From IMG/VR virus record IMGVR_UViG_3300025102_000012, positions 28,809 through 92,808 of that record: 64,000 bases of DNA. One strand, given 5' to 3'. The position numbers and the translations under genes are program-made. The DNA comes from a virus. The notes below the pieces were generated by a model. That model was not told where the DNA came from. It saw only the letters and a list, made by a program, of their open reading frames with translations, and ran no database searches. This document shows, in pieces, positions 1 to 8,677 of this stretch; position 1 is the first letter of the stretch; each line of letters starts with the position of its first letter.

Positions 1-129
1 GTAAGTTTGATTTTAGTTATTATTCTAAAGCAGGAGAAATTAAAAAAGATAGAATGAATGACCATCTTAATGAAGTAAGAACTAAGGTAAAATATTTGAG
101 AAATTTTGGGGTAGACGGAGGAATATAAA

Positions 130-1470
130 TTGTCAATAACCTCCTCCCCAAGTGACTATGCTTTAGCAGGGACTCCTGACTATTCTGCTGGAATTGGTTT
201 CTATACTGATTATATACAAGTTGCTGATTTATTACAAATTCCACATTTCGATGTTTCTGCTACTTATCCAACAAGAGCGCAAGTTGGTAATATAATTAAA
301 AGAGTAGAAGGAATGGTAGATGATAAATTAAAAAGAAGTTATAGACCTATTATTACTAAAAAAGAAATTCATAACTTTGAATATACTAATAGACCGGGTA
401 ATACTCTTTTCGGAGGATATGTCGGGTTTATTCAATTAAGACAAATGAAGATACAAAAAATTATTTCTCTACAAGTTTGGTCGGGAAGCGGATATAAAGA
501 ACTAGCATCGGCTCAATCAAAAATAGAATTATTAGAAGGATATAGAGATATTACTTCTATTATTTTACAATTACCAAATGAGAGTATAGAGTTTACAATG
601 GCTTCAGAAAACAATGTTGCTAATTTAGGCAGTAATGAATTTTCAAATACCTTTGGAGTTAAAACAAGTGCTAATGATATAGTTTCATTAATTAACGAAG
701 AATTCCCTTCAATTAGACAATATACAAATGCTAGTGCTAAAAAGACCCTATTAGGAACACAAGTTTCCGACCCGTCAGTAAGTTCTAGTTTGTCCGTTTC
801 AGACTTTTTCTTTGCTCAAAAAGAGGAAGGAAATGGGGCTAACATTCTCATTTCATCCCTACTTTCGGGGGACGATGGTTCGGACTGTATAGTAAAAATA
901 CAGACACAGCAGACTTGTACTGCAAATCTTAGTTCGGCAAACTTGACAGTGGCCGATTCTTCTAAACTAGCAGTTGGGATGATTGTTCAAGGAGCAGGAA
1001 TTACCGGAAGCAAAACAATTTCTTCAATCACCGATGCAACTACAGTAGTTTTAGATAGTGGTTCGGGAATAACTAATAATAGTGGAACTTATACTTTTAC
1101 GGCAGTAAATATTAGTGTCCCTAATGTGGCTAATGTTGTACCATTTACAGATAAAGAAGATATGAAAAGAAATGGAGATTATTGGCTATTAAGAGAAGAA
1201 GGAAGGATATTCTTTTTACAAGATTATCCGTACCATACTAGAAATTCAGTTTTTGTTTCTTACATGGCTGGAAATAATAGAGTTCCTGCGGCTGTTCACG
1301 AAGCGGCTACAAAATTAGTTGCGGCTGAAATTATACGACATGATGACCAAAGTGTGCTAATTACTGAAACAGGAGCAAATATTTCTACAAAAGAAAAATA
1401 TGATATTCTTAAAAATGAGGCTATGGGCATTCTAAACGGAAAATCAGACATTGTTTACTTTATTGATTGA
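130..1470 (+). CDS. Head-tail adaptor/neck protein (gp6-like ends) with beta-rich insertion
   Basis: Ends resemble head-completion proteins (QVADLLQ...IKRVEGMVD; V.YMAG...VPAAVHEAATKLVAAEI); T/S/G-rich insert; precedes tail genes; TTG start. Confidence 0.55.
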   Translation: MSITSSPSDYALAGTPDYSAGIGFYTDYIQVADLLQIPHFDVSATYPTRAQVGNIIKRVEGMVDDKLKRSYRPIITKKEIHNFEYTNRPGNTLFGGYVGFIQLRQMKIQKIISLQVWSGSGYKELASAQSKIELLEGYRDITSIILQLPNESIEFTMASENNVANLGSNEFSNTFGVKTSANDIVSLINEEFPSIRQYTNASAKKTLLGTQVSDPSVSSSLSVSDFFFAQKEEGNGANILISSLLSGDDGSDCIVKIQTQQTCTANLSSANLTVADSSKLAVGMIVQGAGITGSKTISSITDATTVVLDSGSGITNNSGTYTFTAVNISVPNVANVVPFTDKEDMKRNGDYWLLREEGRIFFLQDYPYHTRNSVFVSYMAGNNRVPAAVHEAATKLVAAEIIRHDDQSVLITETGANISTKEKYDILKNEAMGILNGKSDIVYFID

Positions 1471-1480
1471 GGTGCATAAA

Positions 1481-1690
1481 ATGAATCTTGATAATAAAAG
1501 AATGAAAGAATTTCTTAATATACAAAAAGAAAGACAATTAGCAATGAAAGAACTTTCTCAAATATTAGGAATAGATATTTCATTTTCAGAAAAAGAAATA
1601 ATACAAAATGCTCAAGAGGAATATGCTAAATATGTTACAAAGGAAATTGAAAAGGAGGTATCGTCATTGATGAAGTCTCTCTTCTCATAG
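1481..1690 (+). CDS. Small hypothetical protein of neck/tail module
   Basis: ATG at 1481 after GAGGTG SD, inside ORF 1451..1690. Confidence 0.5.
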   Translation: MNLDNKRMKEFLNIQKERQLAMKELSQILGIDISFSEKEIIQNAQEEYAKYVTKEIEKEVSSLMKSLFS

Positions 1691-2178
1691 ATTTAATTAA
1701 TTCTAATTGGTCTAGTAGTGCTATTGCTTTAGAGGCTGATGGCACTATTCCTGCTTCCCATGCAGTTACTCCCGAAGTTATTGACATTAGGAGCATTACT
1801 GCAAACAAAGCACAAAGAGTTGATTTAGGTAAGTTTCCGGCAACAATTGTTATTTTTGAAGATTCTCAAAATATAGAATATCCTACAATTCACTATGAAA
1901 TTAGAAATGAAACTTATTCCTTTACTTTACATATTAGAGTGCTACATGATGAAAGGTCGGGCTTCGATTCCTCTTATGGTAAAGATAGGCTAAGGGCTAT
2001 ATACTTGATATTGCGTAGAGTGCTTGAAGGTAGTCGTAAAGGCTATACTGCAAGTGATGGCTCTAAATTCAGTCAATTGTTTGTAGGTTCAAGAAGCGAA
2101 AGTAATGACCGAGCAAAAAGATTATTCGGATATAAGGTGAGTTTAGAAGCAAAACGATTTAATTTAAGTATTCCCTAA
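1666..2178 (+). CDS. Putative tail terminator/completion protein (probable ATT start)
   Basis: Frame of ORF 1939..2178 is open back to the TGA at 1648-1650; AGGAGGT SD at 1653-1659, then ATT GAT GAA GTC; lies just before the tail tube. Confidence 0.55.
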   Translation: MDEVSLLIDLINSNWSSSAIALEADGTIPASHAVTPEVIDIRSITANKAQRVDLGKFPATIVIFEDSQNIEYPTIHYEIRNETYSFTLHIRVLHDERSGFDSSYGKDRLRAIYLILRRVLEGSRKGYTASDGSKFSQLFVGSRSESNDRAKRLFGYKVSLEAKRFNLSIP

Positions 2179-2209
2179 GTAAGTAAGTAGGAAAAGGGGG
2201 AGATATAAA

Positions 2210-4438
2210 ATGGTAAATAGAGACATATTTTTAGGAAGCGGGGCAAGTTTAACTTTTGTTCCCGAAACAGACATAGCGATAACAACGAATGGAACAACGG
2301 GCGATTTAAGCACAATAACATTTTCATCAACATTCACAACAGATTTTTCACTCGTAAATAATCTATATGTTGGTTGTATAATAAAGAGATACGCTAACGG
2401 AACTAACGCTTTCAAAAGTTCTCATAGAGTAACTGGAAATACTGCTACTACCGTTGATATTTCTCCTGCCGCTAAAAGCGTATTAAATAATGATTATTTT
2501 GTTATTGAGGCTTATGGTGCGCCAACTCCCGGTGGTAAAGACGGCACTATCAAACACTTACTTGCTGATGAATGGTTAGGTATTGTAGAGAGTGCAACAT
2601 TTCCTACAACTGAAGTCGAAACAAAACAAATGAATCTATCATTAGGAGGAAGTAGAAATAAAACATACCAATACAAAGGAATCGAAACTGCTAGTGGTGG
2701 TAATTTTGCATTTGTGGCTAATCATGCTTCTTTCTTGTATTACTTCTTTGGAAGATGCACAGAATTAGTATGCACTACAACTGCCGCTAGTGGAAGTATA
2801 ACTGCAACTGCTGTTGATTCGGGCGATACTGGTAAATTCCATATTGATACAAATGGAGTATCTTTAACAAATGGTTCTACAAGTGCATTTGTAGAAACTG
2901 GGCCAATATTTACTAGAGCAATTTTAACAACCCCAACTCCACATTTTAATCCTGCAATTATTGGAGGAAGTGCTAGTGCAACATTAGCAACTCCTACAAT
3001 ATCAAACGCAGGAGCGCAAATAGAAGCAGATAATTCCATTATAACTGATTTTACTGGTGTCGGAGGATTAACAATTACTGGTGGAGAATTAGTCCTTACT
3101 CTAAGTGCCGAAACCTCTACTGTTACTTTCCCTGCTGAAAGTGGCTCAAACTATAATAGTGGATTTTTAACAATTAATTTGGCTAGTCCTAGTGGAGCAA
3201 ATGGAGTTACTACCTTAGATATACTATTTGATGCTAGAAGCGCAACAGTAGCAACATCTACTGGTGAAGATTCAGTTACAGTATTAATTCAAAACAGCGC
3301 TACTGGTGCTGAAATAGCACAATCAGTATTAACAGCATTAGCAGGAAAAGATGTAACTGTTACAAGAAGTGGAGCAATTTTAACTATTACAAATAAAACT
3401 GGAGGATATGTCGGTGCTGCTCATATTACTGAAACTACTACTACTGCTACAACTGAAACAATGGGAAGCGTAGCCGGAGGAATTGTTACGGCAGTTTCGG
3501 TTACAGATGCAGGTTCTTCTGTTAGCGGAAGTGGAAATCTAACTTTAACAGCCAATACTACTGGCGGAACAAATATTGATGCAGTAATAGCATTAGCCGC
3601 ACAAAGCGCAAATCCTCTTACTGGTTTAACTGTTCTAACAGAACCAACAGAATCATCGGGATTAATACAGAATCACATAGAATATACCTTTGGTGAACAA
3701 GATGGTGATTTACTTCCTTCATTCGCAATAGAACAAGTATTCAGTAAACTGGCGACAACTACCAATACATACAGAACAGAAACAGATAATGCTGATGAGA
3801 GCCTAAACTTTGTTAAGATTGCTAGAGGTTGTAGAGTTAATACTCTAACAATGACCGCTAATGCAAACGAAGAAGTTAAAATGACTATGGATTATAATAC
3901 TAGAAATGTTCATTCATTAGAAAGAACAGAACCTTACGAAGCAAGAAGGGGCATAGAAACCGAAACTGATTTCATTAACTATACTAGTTCTAGTATTGCC
4001 CCAACCTTCCTAGAACCGTTTTTCTTTTCTGATGGAACCTTCAGTATTTTTGGAGAGAGTTTCCTAAAGATAACAACAATGAGTTTAACCATGAATAACA
4101 ATCTTCAAGATAAAAGATTCTTAGGTGTAGGAAGTAAATCCATTCAAGAGGCTATTCCTGCTGAAAGAACTTATGAATTACAATTTAATGGCCATGTTAC
4201 TAATGATAAACTATACACTGAATTACTAAAAACTCAAGAAAACACTACTCAAGATATAGAATTAATATTTGCTAAAGCAAATGGAGAATCTATCACTCTC
4301 AAATTTAAGGATTATTTTGTTTCGGCAAATAATTTCCCAATACCCGATGATAAGGGAGCAATTGAAGTAGAAACTACTGTTATGCCTAGAAATCTAGCAG
4401 AATGTAAAGTTAAAACTCATTGGATTCTACAGGGGTGA
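2210..4438 (+). CDS. Major tail tube protein with large internal decorating domain
   Basis: Tube-like segments (WLGIVESATFPTTEVE; GCRVNTLTMTANANEEVKM; LTMNNNLQ; RTYELQF) flank a long T/S/G/A-rich insert; followed by chaperones and tape measure. Confidence 0.75.
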   Translation: MVNRDIFLGSGASLTFVPETDIAITTNGTTGDLSTITFSSTFTTDFSLVNNLYVGCIIKRYANGTNAFKSSHRVTGNTATTVDISPAAKSVLNNDYFVIEAYGAPTPGGKDGTIKHLLADEWLGIVESATFPTTEVETKQMNLSLGGSRNKTYQYKGIETASGGNFAFVANHASFLYYFFGRCTELVCTTTAASGSITATAVDSGDTGKFHIDTNGVSLTNGSTSAFVETGPIFTRAILTTPTPHFNPAIIGGSASATLATPTISNAGAQIEADNSIITDFTGVGGLTITGGELVLTLSAETSTVTFPAESGSNYNSGFLTINLASPSGANGVTTLDILFDARSATVATSTGEDSVTVLIQNSATGAEIAQSVLTALAGKDVTVTRSGAILTITNKTGGYVGAAHITETTTTATTETMGSVAGGIVTAVSVTDAGSSVSGSGNLTLTANTTGGTNIDAVIALAAQSANPLTGLTVLTEPTESSGLIQNHIEYTFGEQDGDLLPSFAIEQVFSKLATTTNTYRTETDNADESLNFVKIARGCRVNTLTMTANANEEVKMTMDYNTRNVHSLERTEPYEARRGIETETDFINYTSSSIAPTFLEPFFFSDGTFSIFGESFLKITTMSLTMNNNLQDKRFLGVGSKSIQEAIPAERTYELQFNGHVTNDKLYTELLKTQENTTQDIELIFAKANGESITLKFKDYFVSANNFPIPDDKGAIEVETTVMPRNLAECKVKTHWILQG

Positions 4439-4442
4439 TTAA

Positions 4443-4556
4443 GTGGTTTCAAAATATACAAAACATTTACAGATTCTAGAAAAAAGTAAGGAGGTTGTTG
4501 AGGAAAAGCCCGCTAAGAAAAAAAGGGCGACTAAACCTAAGACAACCAAAAAATAA
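4443..4556 (+). CDS. Small Lys-rich protein (37 aa)
   Basis: GTG start after GGGGTGA; MVSKYTKH...KPAKKKRATKPKTTKK; read manually. Confidence 0.4.
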   Translation: MVSKYTKHLQILEKSKEVVEEKPAKKKRATKPKTTKK

Positions 4557-4605
4557 TATTCCACCAACACCGTTTGTTTGTTTGTTGGTTTAGAGGTGGA
4601 GAAAT

Positions 4606-4968
4606 ATGGATAAGAAAATAATACAGGATAAAAGTGCGCTATTTGCGCTAACTGAGCCTATGCTACATTATGTAAAAGTAGCGCCCGAACAAGAAGAATA
4701 CCTCAAGGTATGGGTAAAAGAACCCACATGGATTGAGGTAGATAGAGCCATGAATAACATGATGAAGATTGATGCTAAGAATCAAGATATTGAATTAGAC
4801 ATCAATGCTATGTTTAAATTCATGGTAGAAAATTTTATTGTTAAGACGGAACCAAGTCTTTCAGCAATAGAAGTATTAAGACTCACTCCCTATATAGGGA
4901 ATCAATTAAAAGAAATTCTTCCGAACCCCTTTACGGCATTTGAAGAGGACTCGGAAAAAAACGACTAG
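4606..4968 (+). CDS. Tail assembly chaperone (lambda gpG-like position)
   Basis: Between tube and tape measure; ends in slippery A-AAA-AAC. Confidence 0.7.
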   Translation: MDKKIIQDKSALFALTEPMLHYVKVAPEQEEYLKVWVKEPTWIEVDRAMNNMMKIDAKNQDIELDINAMFKFMVENFIVKTEPSLSAIEVLRLTPYIGNQLKEILPNPFTAFEEDSEKND

Positions 4969-5177
4969 TGAGAGGAGCATTAAGAGGAAGCAAATCTAGT
5001 CCAAAGATTGCTTCTCTCATAGTTGTTTATTCACTTTCAAAGGCTTTGGGAATAAGCCCGATGGAAGTGTACAAAATGCCAATGAGTCTTGTAAAAGACT
5101 TACTAATGGTGCATAAGGAAGTAGAAGAACTACAAGCAGAAGAAATGGATAAAATAATGAAAAAATCAAAGATGTGA
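4968..5177 (+). CDS. Tail assembly chaperone extension (gpT-like, -1 frameshift product)
   Basis: In the -1 frame of the upstream gene and open through the slippery site; LSKALGISPMEVYKMP. Confidence 0.65.
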   Translation: MRGALRGSKSSPKIASLIVVYSLSKALGISPMEVYKMPMSLVKDLLMVHKEVEELQAEEMDKIMKKSKM

Positions 5178-5181
5178 TAGA

Positions 5182-6888
5182 ATGACAGTAAATCTCAATG
5201 CTATGCAAGGCGCAGTAAACGCTATGAAAAAAGCAATTGATGATTTAGATAAATCCTTTAATGTTTCAAAAGAAACTGTAAAAGAAACTACCAAAACAAT
5301 AAAAGAAGCCGAAAAAGCACAAGTGGCCTTTACTAGAAGAACTACTATATTTAGAAGAGTTGCTAAAGATAATGCGGGAGTCGTAAAGTTTGGCTACAAA
5401 ACTCTCAAAGAGTTTACTGACGGTAAAGGCGGAACAAGAGAAGCAGGAACAGCATTAGAGTATTTGGCCGGGTTTCTTTCAGGTTCAAGCGAACAGTTGC
5501 GAATATTTGGTTTTGAAGTTTCGGGCGTTAGAAGATTTCTTTACGGATTTATGCCAGCAGGAACTTTTAGTTTACTAAATAGAACCGCTACTATTTTTAA
5601 TACTATAGGTGGAGCAGTTCGTTTCTTTAGAGGCAATTTAGATGATACAAAAGGTTCTCTCAAGGGTTCTTTAAAAATGATGAAATCACTACTGCCTTCA
5701 TTTTCAGGATTTGGCAGAAGCGAACTAATGAAATCATCTAAAAAAGGAATGAAATTCTATGATAAAAAACTAAGAAATACAGAAAGAGCATTACAAGGCT
5801 CTAACTTAAGTCAATCTACTAGAGATGAATTAATTTCCGCAAGGGGTAGGTTCCAAAAAAGAAGAGATACTAATAGAGAAACTTTTCTAAATCAGAAAAG
5901 ACTTCGTAGAAGCGGTATGTTTAATGATATGACAGGAGGATTCTTCAAAGGAATAGGAAGTGGTAAAGAATTCTTAGGAGGAGAAAAGGGAGATAGTATG
6001 AAAAATATACTAAAGAAATCTCCTATAGTAAAAATGACTATGGGTTTGTTTACTGTATTAAAAGGTATTAAATGGCGAGAACTAATAGGAGGAGGATTGA
6101 AAAAACTATTCAAAGGAGCAGGTATGTTCTTTGTAACAGTTATGAGATTTACTTTATATTTCACTTTAATGATTACTGCGGCCTTTATTTTATTCCATGC
6201 TCTAAAAACACCTATCATGGAAGCCTTTGAATACTTAAAAACAACACTTACTTTCGCATTTGCTATTATAGGTGCTGGATTTGCGACTATATGGGAAGGA
6301 ATTAGCGAAATATATACTGCATTTAAGAATGGAGATTTCTTTGGCGTATTGATGGGAGTTTGGACTATTGTGTGGGGCGTATTACAAATAGCGGGTGGAC
6401 TCTTTATTGCTGTATTAGGCGGTTTAGGAGCATTAATAGTTGGGTTTATTGCAGGTCTTGGAAGAGGAATATTCAATTTCTTCACCGATTGGAAAGGAGG
6501 CTTACAAAAGAATATCGGTAAAGTTGTTATACTAGTTGGTGTTATATTAGGTTTACTTTTCGGTTGGCCTATTGTTATAGCAGGATTAATATTTGCGGCT
6601 GTTGGTGCTTTGTTTAAGAAATTAAAATTCTTTGGAGATGGTGGTGTTTCTAGTGGAGGGATGGCCGTTGTTGGAGAAAGAGGCCCCGAATTAGTTAATC
6701 TACCAAGAGGAAGTAGAGTTCATAGTAGCACCCAAAGTAGAAAGATGTCAAGTAGTTCTAATGTCTTCAATATTACAATTAATGCTAGAGATACTTCGGA
6801 TTCTGAACTACGAAGAATTGCTGATAAAATAGGAAACATGGTAAATAATAAAGTGAATCGAAGAACAGGTTCGGGAACATTAGGGTGA
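5182..6888 (+). CDS. Tape measure protein
   Basis: Helical N-terminus, long Gly/hydrophobic stretch, C-terminal GG..VVGERGPELV motif typical of TMPs. Confidence 0.85.
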   Translation: MTVNLNAMQGAVNAMKKAIDDLDKSFNVSKETVKETTKTIKEAEKAQVAFTRRTTIFRRVAKDNAGVVKFGYKTLKEFTDGKGGTREAGTALEYLAGFLSGSSEQLRIFGFEVSGVRRFLYGFMPAGTFSLLNRTATIFNTIGGAVRFFRGNLDDTKGSLKGSLKMMKSLLPSFSGFGRSELMKSSKKGMKFYDKKLRNTERALQGSNLSQSTRDELISARGRFQKRRDTNRETFLNQKRLRRSGMFNDMTGGFFKGIGSGKEFLGGEKGDSMKNILKKSPIVKMTMGLFTVLKGIKWRELIGGGLKKLFKGAGMFFVTVMRFTLYFTLMITAAFILFHALKTPIMEAFEYLKTTLTFAFAIIGAGFATIWEGISEIYTAFKNGDFFGVLMGVWTIVWGVLQIAGGLFIAVLGGLGALIVGFIAGLGRGIFNFFTDWKGGLQKNIGKVVILVGVILGLLFGWPIVIAGLIFAAVGALFKKLKFFGDGGVSSGGMAVVGERGPELVNLPRGSRVHSSTQSRKMSSSSNVFNITINARDTSDSELRRIADKIGNMVNNKVNRRTGSGTLG

Positions 6889-6892
6889 TTAA

Positions 6893-7516
6893 ATGGCATC
6901 AAGAGACTATTATGTATATTTAAAACTACAATCGTATAAAGGTAGTAACATACAAGTAAACACTATACCATTAAGAGTGAATTCTGTAGGTGTAACAACT
7001 GATAAAACAATACCTGCGTTTGGTATTCCATTTAGTTCTTTAGCCACAGGAGAGTCAGTAACTTTAGCCTTAGACCTAGCCAAATCAAATAAACAACTAA
7101 ACCTAAGGGGGATTATAACCGATATGCCAATTACTAAAAAATTTGGAAAAAATCCCGCTATTACTAGGGACTTTACTGGTGCTGAAATAGCGCAGATGAT
7201 TGCTTCGGGTGTAGACGCTACTGGTATTGCTATAAACCAAGCGTTTCAAGAATTAGTCGTATTAATACCTTCAAAGGTAGATTCTAATTATAATGCTAGA
7301 AGTTCCGAATTATTTGTTCCACTTAATTTTTCTGCTAGAGGAGATGCTTTAGAATTTGATAATCAAAGAGTAGTTGCTCCAATATCGTCATTCCCCGATT
7401 CAGAAACGGCCAAAGGACTACCGGGATTTATTCGTAATTTTAATTTTACACTAAATGCAGAAACAGTAGAAATAGAATTTACTATGGATTTCCAAGTCGC
7501 TACTATTTTACCATGA
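6893..7516 (+). CDS. Putative distal tail protein
   Basis: Directly after TMP; 207 aa, beta-rich. Confidence 0.5.
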   Translation: MASRDYYVYLKLQSYKGSNIQVNTIPLRVNSVGVTTDKTIPAFGIPFSSLATGESVTLALDLAKSNKQLNLRGIITDMPITKKFGKNPAITRDFTGAEIAQMIASGVDATGIAINQAFQELVVLIPSKVDSNYNARSSELFVPLNFSARGDALEFDNQRVVAPISSFPDSETAKGLPGFIRNFNFTLNAETVEIEFTMDFQVATILP

Positions 7517-7525
7517 GGTGATTAA

Positions 7526-8677
7526 TTGTATAATATATTAGCAGGTAATCAAAGAGCATTGATATTTCCTGTTTTATGTAATGGATTTGTTAAAGTAGAT
7601 TATGAAGATAATATATCCGATACTAATTCAAATAACGATAACACCGATGATGTGGCTTATGGTCTTTGGTCGCACAGTGGTTCATTTACTTTTGAAGCAA
7701 TCGTTACGCCTTATGATATAAACGGATATGGGACTTATAGTTCTAGAACTCAACCAACTATTACTAACAATAGAAGAATAATGCCAGCATTACAAGCAGC
7801 GATATATGCCTCAGGAAATAAAAATAATTATCAAAGCGAAATATATCTATCTAGAACCGCTAGACTAACACACGAAATGCGACTATTTACTAGTGATAAT
7901 TTTACTATATCTTTAGTGAATGATACTAAGCATAATGAAAACAACCCTGCTAGGTTTAAACTAAAAGCAACTCTTAAATTAGGAACTGCTGCAATAGAAA
8001 CCTTTGAGACTCCTGTGTGTATTTCTCCTACCTTTTCTAAACAATTTAATTATGTTAATTCTAATAGTCTTAAAGGGTTTGATTCGGAAGGAAGGCAAAA
8101 GTTTGAGTTTATTGGAACATTAACTTCTCATAGTGGGGCAACATTAGATAATTCAAATAACGATTATACAACAACTAATCTTTTTAACGGTGATAATTTA
8201 GAAATGTTCTATAAAGATGGATTTAATTATGTTTCATTAGGCACAATATCTACTGCTACTGCTTCACAAATCGTATTAACAAATTCTTTTTCTACTCAAT
8301 TAAGTAGCCTAACTGAATTATATATTAAGTCAGATACAGAACCTACTTACATAAATGAGTCATTTCATATTGGTTTTGTTTTTAATATTACTGATAAAGC
8401 AGTTAATTTTTACATAAACGGAAATCTATTTTCTCAACATACTTATTCTGATACAGCAGAAGATTTTACATTTGGAAAGAATGATTGTTTTATTGGCGCT
8501 ACAGGTAGTGGGGCAAAGGGTACAGGTAGTGCAACAACCAATAAGCAATTTATGGGAGAGTTACATGAATTAAGTATGATGGGAGTTGCTAGGAATAATA
8601 TACCATTTATTTCTAATTTATTACCAAACTATAATGACACTCTTCTTTATCTTAGGTTTGAGGAGGTAGACGAGTAA
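7526..8677 (+). CDS. Tail protein with concanavalin A/LamG-like domain
   Basis: SFTFEAIV, FHIGFVF, FYING, FIGA, FMGELHEL, LLYLRFEE LamG-like motifs. Confidence 0.65.
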   Translation: MYNILAGNQRALIFPVLCNGFVKVDYEDNISDTNSNNDNTDDVAYGLWSHSGSFTFEAIVTPYDINGYGTYSSRTQPTITNNRRIMPALQAAIYASGNKNNYQSEIYLSRTARLTHEMRLFTSDNFTISLVNDTKHNENNPARFKLKATLKLGTAAIETFETPVCISPTFSKQFNYVNSNSLKGFDSEGRQKFEFIGTLTSHSGATLDNSNNDYTTTNLFNGDNLEMFYKDGFNYVSLGTISTATASQIVLTNSFSTQLSSLTELYIKSDTEPTYINESFHIGFVFNITDKAVNFYINGNLFSQHTYSDTAEDFTFGKNDCFIGATGSGAKGTGSATTNKQFMGELHELSMMGVARNNIPFISNLLPNYNDTLLYLRFEEVDE

